Positions 1 through 7,800 of a DNA stretch of 64,000 nucleotides are shown piece after piece. The DNA lies in the NCBI GenBank assembly GCA_007118495.1, contig SKRM01000024.1, forward strand, positions 76,631 to 140,630. The letters run 5' to 3'. The stretch's first letter is position 1, and every line of letters starts with the position of its first letter. The translations under genes and the position numbers were made by a program. The stretch comes from Bacteroidales bacterium. GTDB lineage: Bacteria; Bacteroidota; Bacteroidia; Bacteroidales; UBA7960. Below the pieces are notes generated by a model that saw only the letters and a program-made list of their open reading frames with translations, had not been told where the DNA came from and made no database searches.

Positions 1-297
1 GGAAGAGCTGCCACAGGTAACCCCTGGATATTCAGAGAAGTCAAACATTACCTGAATACAGGTGAGCAAATACAGAAACCTCCTTTAAGTGAAAAGCTGG
101 ATATTTGCCGTCGCCATGTTGCGATGTCAGTAAAATGGAAAGGCGAAAAAACCGGTCTTTTTGAAATGAGGCGACATTATTGTCAATACTTCAAAGAAAT
201 TCCCCATTTTAAACCAATTCGCATGCGACTGGTTACTGCAGATACGCTGGAAAAACTGGAAGTAATTCTCCATGAGATCGAAACTAAATTCTGCTGA
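1..297 (+). CDS. dusB: tRNA-dihydrouridine synthase, C-terminal fragment (5' end outside window)
   Basis: Frame 1 is open from the window edge to TGA at 295-297. The translation GRAATGNPWIFREVKHYL...MRRHYCQYFKEIPHFKPIRMRL resembles the C-terminal part of DusB-type enzymes. Confidence 0.75.
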   Translation, partial: GRAATGNPWIFREVKHYLNTGEQIQKPPLSEKLDICRRHVAMSVKWKGEKTGLFEMRRHYCQYFKEIPHFKPIRMRLVTADTLEKLEVILHEIETKFC

Positions 298-324
298 TCG
301 TTATTTATCACGTGAATGACGGTG

Positions 325-987
325 TCAAGGCTGTTTCAAAAGTAGATCAGTAAGGTCGTTGAGCCTGTATGCAGGTGAAAACAGATCAAGCACATCTATT
401 GAGGTAATATCAATCCACACAGCAAGTAAACCTGCCTTTCTTGCTCCCTCCACATGCTGGTAAGAGTCGTCAACAAACAAGGTCTGGTCTTTATTCAGTT
501 TCTTATCATGTATGATATGCTCAAATATTTCGACATCGGGCTTTCGCATACCAAGCTCATAAGACAGGTATTGTTTTTCGAACAAGGCTTCAAGGTCACT
601 AAATCCATACTGGCTATCCATATATGTCTGATACGCCGGATAATGAATGGCGTTGGTGTTGCTGAGTAAAAACAAACGATAGTGTCTGCTTACCCGGTCA
701 AGCATGGCCAGGCGTTTGCCCGGCATATCCAGCAACATGGCATTCCAGGCTGAATCAATTTGTTGATCTGTAAGCGGTAGTTCTGTGATTTTCCGCAATT
801 CATTCCTGAAAGTTTCAGGACTGATGTCTCCCCGGTCTAAACTGTCGAACAGGCCAATTTGGCTGGCCTGGGTAAATAACCCATCAAAATACTGAATGCC
901 CAAATCTTTGAAGGCCTCTATGGTGCGCTGGTAGTCAATATTGAGCAGAACCCCGCCCAGGTCAAAAATGATATTACGTATTTGCAT
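325..987 (-). CDS. HAD-superfamily hydrolase, subfamily IA
   Basis: 220-aa ORF. It has the N-terminal HAD motif I (IIFDLGGVL), a later LLSNTN (motif II) and FVDDS (motif IV). Confidence 0.8.
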   Translation of the reverse strand: MQIRNIIFDLGGVLLNIDYQRTIEAFKDLGIQYFDGLFTQASQIGLFDSLDRGDISPETFRNELRKITELPLTDQQIDSAWNAMLLDMPGKRLAMLDRVSRHYRLFLLSNTNAIHYPAYQTYMDSQYGFSDLEALFEKQYLSYELGMRKPDVEIFEHIIHDKKLNKDQTLFVDDSYQHVEGARKAGLLAVWIDITSIDVLDLFSPAYRLNDLTDLLLKQP

Positions 988-1071
988 GAATCGGTCAGAT
1001 TTGCGAACAGCCTCGTCTTATATTTAGGAGTGTAAAGAAAAAAAATCTTTTCCACATAAACAGATTATGTG

Positions 1072-1079
1072 TAAATTTG
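1072..1079 (+). promoter_or_regulatory. Candidate Bacteroidota sigma-A -7 box (TAnnTTTG) for the tRNA
   Basis: TAAATTTG lies 37 nt upstream of the tRNA 5' end. Confidence 0.35.
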
Positions 1080-1115
1080 CAGTCGCCGCCGGGCATGTAA
1101 AATACGTCGGGCAAC

Positions 1116-1192
1116 GGGCCCATAGCTCAGTTGGTTAGAGTAGCTGACTCATAATCAGTTGGTCCCTGGTTCGAGCCCAGGTGGGCCCACCA
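1116..1192 (+). tRNA. tRNA with CAT anticodon (Met, or more likely lysidine-modified Ile2)
   Basis: Hand-folded cloverleaf. Acceptor GGGCCCA/TGGGCCC, anticodon stem GCTGA/TCAGT with loop CTCATAA, T-arm CCTGG-TTCGAGC-CCAGG, and an encoded CCA. The G27-U43 wobble and TGGTC variable loop resemble E. coli ileX more than elongator Met. Confidence 0.9.
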
Positions 1193-1198
1193 CAAAAG

Positions 1199-1238
1199 CA
1201 GCCACTTACGAGAAATTCGCAAGTGGCTGTTATTTTTT
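1199..1238 (+). terminator. Rho-independent terminator after the tRNA
   Basis: Hairpin CAGCCACTT(A)CG-agaaatt-CG(C)AAGTGGCTG is followed by TTATTTTTT. Confidence 0.7.
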
Positions 1239-1495
1239 GCCACAGCCATTGATCAAAGTTTTATATGATCAAAAACATAAAAATCTGAGGTGACATTGAT
1301 ATAGAAAAGGTCATTACAAGTTATAACCAGCTGGAAGAAGAAATTGAGCGACCCATTTCAGGTGCATACCCCTCTTTTGAAGCATTCCTTGAGGACATAA
1401 AATCGGTAGCTTTTATTGTTATCAGAAATGACACCATCATATACGAGCGTTTTTTTTACGGGTATAGCCATGACTCTCAACTCTCCTGGTTCTCA

Positions 1496-2257
1496 ATGAC
1501 AAAATCATTTCTTTCTATATTGGTGGGATGCCCAATCGATGATGGGTATATCCTGTCAGTTGATGAGCCAGTATACCATTATGTTCCAGAGTTAAGGGAA
1601 AAGGGTTTTGAGAATGTTACCATCAGGCATTTGCTGCAAATGACCTCGGGAATAAACTTCAGTGAGGTATACTACAATCCGTTCAGGGGTCCGGTTGACC
1701 TGTATTACAGCGAGGATATTTACAGCTCCCTGCTGGGATTAAAGGTAACAAAAGAACCAGGCACACGTCACAATTACAACAGCGGCGACTCCCAGCTACT
1801 GGGGCTTGTACTGCATCGGGCCCTCAAGGGGATGACCATTACCAGCTACATGCAAGAAAGGCTTTGGGGTCCTTTGGGAATGGAGTATGCAGGAAGCTGG
1901 GTTATTGACAGTGAAGAGTCGGGGATGGAGAAAACCTTCTGCTGCCTGAGCGGAAGTCCGGTTGACTTTGCAAAATTCGGACGCCTCTTTATGCACGGTG
2001 GAGTGTGGAACGGACAGAGAATCGTATCGGAAGAATGGATAAGGGAATCAACAAAAACAGACACCATGTATGGGAGTGATCGCGGTTATCAGTACCATTG
2101 GCATGTGACGGATAACAGCTTTTCAGCGTATGGTTATGCCGGGCAGGTTGTTTACGTTGAACCTGAACGCGGTCTTATTTTTGTGAGAGCAGGCACAGAC
2201 CGCAGCAGACTGAACTGGGGATTATTCTTTTCAGTGGTTTCTCAAGCCTTGCAATGA
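1496..2257 (+). CDS. Serine hydrolase (beta-lactamase/PBP4*-related), N-terminally compromised and possibly a pseudogene
   Basis: 253-aa ORF with family-typical YxN (HNYNS) and C-terminal YGYAGQ motifs. The only in-frame start (ATG 1496) is the Met of the catalytic S-M-T-K motif. The frame stays open upstream to an in-frame TGA at 1286-1288, which is preceded by ATG at 1265. Confidence 0.65.
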   Translation: MTKSFLSILVGCPIDDGYILSVDEPVYHYVPELREKGFENVTIRHLLQMTSGINFSEVYYNPFRGPVDLYYSEDIYSSLLGLKVTKEPGTRHNYNSGDSQLLGLVLHRALKGMTITSYMQERLWGPLGMEYAGSWVIDSEESGMEKTFCCLSGSPVDFAKFGRLFMHGGVWNGQRIVSEEWIRESTKTDTMYGSDRGYQYHWHVTDNSFSAYGYAGQVVYVEPERGLIFVRAGTDRSRLNWGLFFSVVSQALQ

Positions 2258-2275
2258 TAAAGGACAGGATGATTC

Positions 2276-3754
2276 TCAGGTATTAGCTTTTTGTAAAGTA
2301 AAAAAGAACGTACTGCCCTTACCCACAACTGATTCAACCCAAATGCTCCCACCCTGCTTTGCTACAAGTTCTTTGCACAGTGTCAGGCCAAAACCGGTGC
2401 CTTCTTCACCTGCTGTCCCGGTAGTTGAATGTGGAATACCAATATCCCATAGTTTGGGGATATTTTCTTGTTCTATACCTATGCCAGTATCTGATACGGC
2501 TACTAGTACATGTTGTTTTTCATTGGTTGCAATGATTCTTACAGTTCCATTTTCAGGGGTAAATTTAATGGCATTTGAAACCAGGTTGCGTAGAATTGTA
2601 CGAAACATATGCTCATCAGTAAAGGCAACCACCGAACCAACCTCAGTACAATCAATGGAAATATTCTTTAATTCGGCCAGGGGCTTTAGCTTTAAAACCA
2701 CAGCATCACATGAGCGGCAGAGCTGAACAAAGTCAGAGTGAAATGAGATTTTTCCCGATTGCACCCTTACCCATGCCAGGATATCATCCAACAGGGTAAG
2801 TGTCAATGAAGCCTGCGACCTGATACCCTGTAAAAGTTCCCTTACTTCATCCGTGCTGAGCTCTCCTGTATTTTCAAGCAGTATATCAGCCAGCCCAAGG
2901 ATGGAGGCGAAGGGACTTCGGATATCATGTGACAAGATAGAAATGAAGGTGTCTTTAGTTGCGTTCAGCTCACTTAGCTGCATCTCACGTTGTATCAGGT
3001 TGAATTCTGCCTGTTTTTTTTCAGTAATATCAGCAACCATTCCAATGACCATTTTAACAACCCCATCCTGGTCTTTCAATGCAGATACAGACAAATCACC
3101 CCAGACATAATGGCCATCTTTGTGGATAAATCTTTTTTCTAACCTGTATTTATCAGTGCTTCCATTAACAATTTCAGAAAACTTTTTTTGCGTCTCCAGC
3201 CGGTCATCAGGATGGGTAATCTCTGCCACCGTTTTACCATCCATATCCTCAGTATCATAGCCCAGGTATTCCTGATACCATTTGTTGGTCATCAACAGCT
3301 TACCTGTCGGATCAGCAATGCTAAAGCCAATATTTGCATTATTGAATATGGTCCGCAGCTTAGCTTCACTTTCTTTTAAAGCTTCTTCAGCGCGCTTGCG
3401 GGATGTAATATCCTGGTAAATCCCTATGACTGACAGTGATCCTTCTTGCAATGATATGGGTGAACCGGTAATAGACACATGAAGCAAGCGGCCGTCTTTT
3501 GTCTTCCGGGTGGTTTCAATAAAAAGCCTTTGGCCTGAGGCAACGGTTTTTGTCGCCCCGAGTCCTTCATCCTGAAAGCGCTCAGGAACAATCAAATCAT
3601 TGATCTTTCTGCCAATGGATTCTTCTCTGTCAAACCCAAACAACACTTTAAACCCTGCGTTGCAATCAATGATTCGGTCATCCTTGTCAAGCAAAACCAC
3701 ACCTGCAGGCACACTCTGAAACAGGTGTTCAAAATAGACTGCTTTATCCGTCAT
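2276..3754 (-). CDS. PAS-domain sensor histidine kinase (cytoplasmic, PAS-PAS-HisKA-HATPase_c)
   Basis: 492 aa. It has two PAS-like segments each ending in DIT(S/E)RK, an H-box (SILSHDIRSPF), and N/G boxes (NLVSNAIKFT, DTGIGI, GTGFGL). Confidence 0.85.
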   Translation of the reverse strand: MTDKAVYFEHLFQSVPAGVVLLDKDDRIIDCNAGFKVLFGFDREESIGRKINDLIVPERFQDEGLGATKTVASGQRLFIETTRKTKDGRLLHVSITGSPISLQEGSLSVIGIYQDITSRKRAEEALKESEAKLRTIFNNANIGFSIADPTGKLLMTNKWYQEYLGYDTEDMDGKTVAEITHPDDRLETQKKFSEIVNGSTDKYRLEKRFIHKDGHYVWGDLSVSALKDQDGVVKMVIGMVADITEKKQAEFNLIQREMQLSELNATKDTFISILSHDIRSPFASILGLADILLENTGELSTDEVRELLQGIRSQASLTLTLLDDILAWVRVQSGKISFHSDFVQLCRSCDAVVLKLKPLAELKNISIDCTEVGSVVAFTDEHMFRTILRNLVSNAIKFTPENGTVRIIATNEKQHVLVAVSDTGIGIEQENIPKLWDIGIPHSTTGTAGEEGTGFGLTLCKELVAKQGGSIWVESVVGKGSTFFFTLQKANT

Positions 3755-3940
3755 AATTTTATTTGTTTAGGTATGGTGAAGGAGAATATAGTCCTGACAC
3801 ATAATTCAGTTTTAAGCTAAATTTTTCAGCCCAATGTGTCAATAATGTAAAAATGATCTTGCCGAAACGTATTTTTTGCATAGCCAACAGAAATGCTTTA
3901 TCCCAGTGCAATTTAATAAAACCCAGGCCAAAATGATGTG

Positions 3941-4516
3941 TCAGGGGAAAAGCCTTCTTACCCTGGGCCTGGCAGGAGGCAAACCAAAAAAACCCTCTTT
4001 TACGGTCTTTATCTCTTCAATGGTATAAAATGAGTTGGGGTGATGCGCATTGATAATCGCAATGGCCTGGCTGATCCGCTTACGTTTCATGATTGTAAAA
4101 ACAATTTTAACGGGCCCGGAAGCCCCTTGTCCATCTACCACGGTAACACCAAAACCACTTTCACGAAATTGTCTGATCAAACTTGATGGATCCCTGTTGG
4201 GGATCATTCTTAATAGAACATTACCTATGGAAATTTTCTCTTCGAGTCTGATCCCGACATAATTTCCCATAGCAAAACCTGCCCCATAAGCTATATATGA
4301 CAGGGGGTTATACAGATGTTTCAGCACCTGGGTCACCGCCAGCAACCAGATGATTACTTCAAAAAAACCAAGCAGAGGGCCGATATACCTGTAGCCTTTC
4401 GAAACAAATATGATACGGAGCGTCCCAATACTTTGGTCAAGGATACGACTTAAAAATATCAACAGGGGTAAAATAACCCAGCTCCACCATAACGAGTCAA
4501 AAAAGGACACTTCCAT
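3941..4516 (-). CDS. UPF0316 family membrane protein (DUF5698/DUF2179)
   Basis: The N-terminal TM region (ILDQSIGTLRIIFVSKG) plus a C-terminal soluble domain (GFGVTVVDGQGASG) are typical of the family. The start was moved to ATG 4516; the ORF track extends to 4579. Confidence 0.65.
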   Translation of the reverse strand: MEVSFFDSLWWSWVILPLLIFLSRILDQSIGTLRIIFVSKGYRYIGPLLGFFEVIIWLLAVTQVLKHLYNPLSYIAYGAGFAMGNYVGIRLEEKISIGNVLLRMIPNRDPSSLIRQFRESGFGVTVVDGQGASGPVKIVFTIMKRKRISQAIAIINAHHPNSFYTIEEIKTVKEGFFGLPPARPRVRRLFP

Positions 4517-4670
4517 GATGATAATTTTTGGGCCAAAGTTAGGTGAATAATACATAAATGCGTGACTAATAATCAGCAATTACATAAGAAAATTACATGC
4601 GAATCAAGAGCCCTTGATTTTTACATAAACACGATTCTTTCTAACTTAGTTTGTAAAAACCAATGATCCC

Positions 4671-5990
4671 ATGCAGAACCCTGTACCCTATCATGCAAGA
4701 CAAAGTCCAGACTGGGTAAAACATGCCGTGATTTACCAGATCAACACGAGGCAATTCACCCCCGAAGGAACCTTCAGGGCAGCCATACAACAATTACCAC
4801 GCCTGAAAGAATTGGGTGTTGATATTCTCTGGCTTATGCCGATCCACCCAATTGGTTCAAAGAACCGAAAAGGGAAGCTGGGCAGTCCGTATGCTGTAAG
4901 AGACTATTACGGGGTAAATCCTGAATTTGGTAGTTTCAGTGACCTGAAAAACTTCATTGACAAGGCACATGAGATGGGTTTGTATGTTATACTCGACTGG
5001 GTGGCTAACCATACTGCCTGGGATAACCCCCTGACCAGGCAAAACCCCGACTGGTACATCAGAGATAAAAAAGGCAATTTCAGGTCAACACCCTGGAGCG
5101 GATGGTCTGACATCATTGAGCTTGACTATAATTCAACGCAGCTGAGGGAGTATATGACCGAGACAATGTGCTGGTGGGTCAGGCAAGCAAATGTTGATGG
5201 TTTCCGCGCTGATGTTGCAGGTTATGTCCCCATCGATTTCTGGGTGAATGTACGCCGGGAACTGGAAAACATCAAACCCGTTTTTATGCTGGCTGAATGG
5301 GAGTCAAGAGAACTGCATCTGGAAGCCTTTGATGCGACCTATGCATGGACATGGTGGGATATGGTTCATGATATCGCCATGGACCGAAAAAAAATATCAG
5401 ACCTGCACAAATATTACGCATGGCATGCAAAAGCTTTTCCCAAAGGAAGTATACGAATGACTTTTGTGACCAACCACGACAAGAATGCCTGGGAGGGCAG
5501 TATGTACGAAAATTTTGGCCGGGCACTCGAGGCGGCCATCGTACTTTCAGTGGTTGGCGACGGTATACCCCTGATTCACAATGGACAGGAAGCCGGCATG
5601 GACAAGGCGCTCGCATTTTTTGACAAATCCCCCATCGCCTGGCGAAACCACCCAATGGGTAGTCTATACCAAAAACTGTTTTCACTTAAAAAGCAATACA
5701 AGGCCCTATGGAATGGGCACTGGGGTGCACCCATGCAGGAGGTTCCCAACAACCTGCCAGAAAACGTGTTGAGCTTTATCCGGCAAAATGATATGCATAA
5801 GGTTTTTGCCGTATTCAATTTTTCGTCAGAAAGAGTCAGTGCAACATTCAAAGACATGCTGCATCACGGCCGCTACAAAGATTATATCACCGAAAAACCT
5901 GTAACTTTTAACGACACCACATCCATAGCACTCAATCCCTGGTGCTTCAAGGTATTTATTCAATACAATGACAAAGCATTTCTGCATTGA
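4671..5990 (+). CDS. Alpha-amylase family glycoside hydrolase (GH13), no signal peptide
   Basis: 439 aa with GH13 conserved regions DWVANH, GFRADVA, MLAEWE and FVTNHD. Confidence 0.85.
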   Translation: MQNPVPYHARQSPDWVKHAVIYQINTRQFTPEGTFRAAIQQLPRLKELGVDILWLMPIHPIGSKNRKGKLGSPYAVRDYYGVNPEFGSFSDLKNFIDKAHEMGLYVILDWVANHTAWDNPLTRQNPDWYIRDKKGNFRSTPWSGWSDIIELDYNSTQLREYMTETMCWWVRQANVDGFRADVAGYVPIDFWVNVRRELENIKPVFMLAEWESRELHLEAFDATYAWTWWDMVHDIAMDRKKISDLHKYYAWHAKAFPKGSIRMTFVTNHDKNAWEGSMYENFGRALEAAIVLSVVGDGIPLIHNGQEAGMDKALAFFDKSPIAWRNHPMGSLYQKLFSLKKQYKALWNGHWGAPMQEVPNNLPENVLSFIRQNDMHKVFAVFNFSSERVSATFKDMLHHGRYKDYITEKPVTFNDTTSIALNPWCFKVFIQYNDKAFLH

Positions 5991-6022
5991 CCTGCAAGGC
6001 AGAATACTGGAAGCAGGATGGT

Positions 6023-7777
6023 TTAGCGGGCCTGTCGGCTCAACTTGCCGCCCTTGGGGCTATCTACATGAACAGTGATCTGCCGGCCACCCTCTACGAT
6101 CCATTTTACGGTAACATAACCCATGCCGGGAATATTCCTTACTTCTACAGTTGAGGGATTCACCTTCTGCTCTTCTACCACATTCAGGTCACGGTTATGA
6201 ACCAGCATCCCAGCCAATACCTCACCACCTTCAAGGCTGATATAATTGGGCCGTTCAATATTGTGGCGCAGGTCAATCCCCGCATGCGTTGGTGTCAGAC
6301 GGGTGTTGGCAACCACGGCAATAACCTCCCTCAGTCCACCACCCAGATCGGTTACCGATACCTCGGTAATTTCAAGCTGGGGTGTGTGGTAAGCATGATA
6401 AAGGGTAAAAGCCATATTGCGGTGGGCATCTGTCTCTAACATGAAGCCGGGATGAATTCTGCCAAAATTTTTCTTGAACCCACCAATTTCAATCTCACCA
6501 AACTGGGGATGATCAAAGGGTTCCCATGGCACAAAAGCATCTTCGAACAATAAATATTTATCAAAAAAGTAGGGTGCCTTCTGAGACTCCTCCCTGTTTT
6601 GGTATTGTTCATAAAAGTACATATAGTTGGTAAACAATTCATTGGTATATGTATATATCCCCCTTGAAAAATGGAACCAGTCTATCTGACCACCATAAAC
6701 GGTATACAGGTCTTCATATAGTATCATGTACCGATAACCTGGCAACAACCGATCTCCCAACTCGCCGATGGCATCATATACCCTGATATCTTCACGGGTA
6801 TAGAGACCGGCATCTTCACGGGTGCCGGGGCCGCGCAATATCATCCCGCCTGTATTGTGGTATGTCTGCGCACCCGCTATATTGGGGTGTGCCATGACAA
6901 AATCTCTCACAGCACGATTTTCAGGCAAGGCAAATGGATAATGGTAAGCTCCCCGTTGAATATGATCAGGCTGCCAGTTCCATCCCCAGTCACGGTTTGG
7001 GTCATAGCGTCCAACCCCATCTTCATTAATTCTTCCGTCACCATCCCTGTCAATTCCTTCAAATCCAAGCAGGTCAAAATCACCAAATTCACCGGGTCTG
7101 GCGGGTATCAGTCTTCTGGGATCTTCAGGACATTCAACAAACTGGCCCATGGGGTTTCGCCTGCGCATCTGGGTAATATGGCCATCTCCGTTCAAATCAT
7201 CAAAGCCATCTTCAGCCACCTCACCATCTCCATCATCATCAAGGGGGATGGTTCCGCTACGGGGCGTACTCACAGTATTTGGTTCAAACATATAATTTTC
7301 CCTTCCGTCCGGATTAATGGTAGGAGCAATATAAAACACTTTTTCATCCATTAACTGGGTGACAAACGCATTGTCTCCATAGTTCTCGGCCAAATACCAG
7401 GCGGTATACAGGGCGATCTCGCTTCCCTGGATTTCATTTGCATGGATATTGCCATCAATCCAAAATCCTGGCTTATCCATGTGTGGTTTATTGCTGTGGT
7501 TTGTTACCGTTAACAACCAAATTTCGCGACCCTCATAGCTTTTACCAATTGATTCAAGTTTTATCAGGTCGGGATGCGCTGCTGCCAATTGACGTGAAAT
7601 TTCATACAATCCATCATTGGTATAATAACGGTTCCAGCTAATCTGAACCTTGGGGTTAACAGGTGTCCCGGCTGCCTTAAACAGCATATCCACTGACTGG
7701 GCAGGCAAGAAATTATTGGTGCCGGATAAAAGCAGTAACGCGAAAATGACTGAAATGAATATCATATACTTTTTCAT
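6023..7777 (-). CDS. Secreted M14 zinc carboxypeptidase with Asp-rich insert (catalytic residues intact)
   Basis: HxxE (GNIHANE), second Zn His (QTYHNTGG), substrate NR (DPNRDW) and catalytic Glu (YTYTNELF) are all present. Signal peptide MKKYMIFISVIFALLLL. The ORF track start at 7801 is an alternative and would overlap the upstream stop as TAATG. Confidence 0.8.
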   Translation of the reverse strand: MKKYMIFISVIFALLLLSGTNNFLPAQSVDMLFKAAGTPVNPKVQISWNRYYTNDGLYEISRQLAAAHPDLIKLESIGKSYEGREIWLLTVTNHSNKPHMDKPGFWIDGNIHANEIQGSEIALYTAWYLAENYGDNAFVTQLMDEKVFYIAPTINPDGRENYMFEPNTVSTPRSGTIPLDDDGDGEVAEDGFDDLNGDGHITQMRRRNPMGQFVECPEDPRRLIPARPGEFGDFDLLGFEGIDRDGDGRINEDGVGRYDPNRDWGWNWQPDHIQRGAYHYPFALPENRAVRDFVMAHPNIAGAQTYHNTGGMILRGPGTREDAGLYTREDIRVYDAIGELGDRLLPGYRYMILYEDLYTVYGGQIDWFHFSRGIYTYTNELFTNYMYFYEQYQNREESQKAPYFFDKYLLFEDAFVPWEPFDHPQFGEIEIGGFKKNFGRIHPGFMLETDAHRNMAFTLYHAYHTPQLEITEVSVTDLGGGLREVIAVVANTRLTPTHAGIDLRHNIERPNYISLEGGEVLAGMLVHNRDLNVVEEQKVNPSTVEVRNIPGMGYVTVKWIVEGGRQITVHVDSPKGGKLSRQAR

Positions 7778-7800
7778 GGGAATAGGCAATTGTGGGTTCA

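Noticed and set aside
1286-1288. The in-frame TGA in the serine hydrolase, considered as evidence for a TGA-recoding genetic code (code 4 or 25) or selenocysteine.
   Set aside because: TGA clearly terminates dusB (295-297), znuA (10655-10657) and znuC (11398-11400) at family-typical C-termini. I saw no SECIS-like hairpin directly downstream.
1116-2257. A genomic island or integrative element inserted at the tRNA(CAT) 3' end.
   Set aside because: No integrase, excisionase or other mobile-element gene follows the tRNA. I did not spot a direct repeat of the tRNA 3' end downstream. The only hint is the truncated-looking hydrolase.
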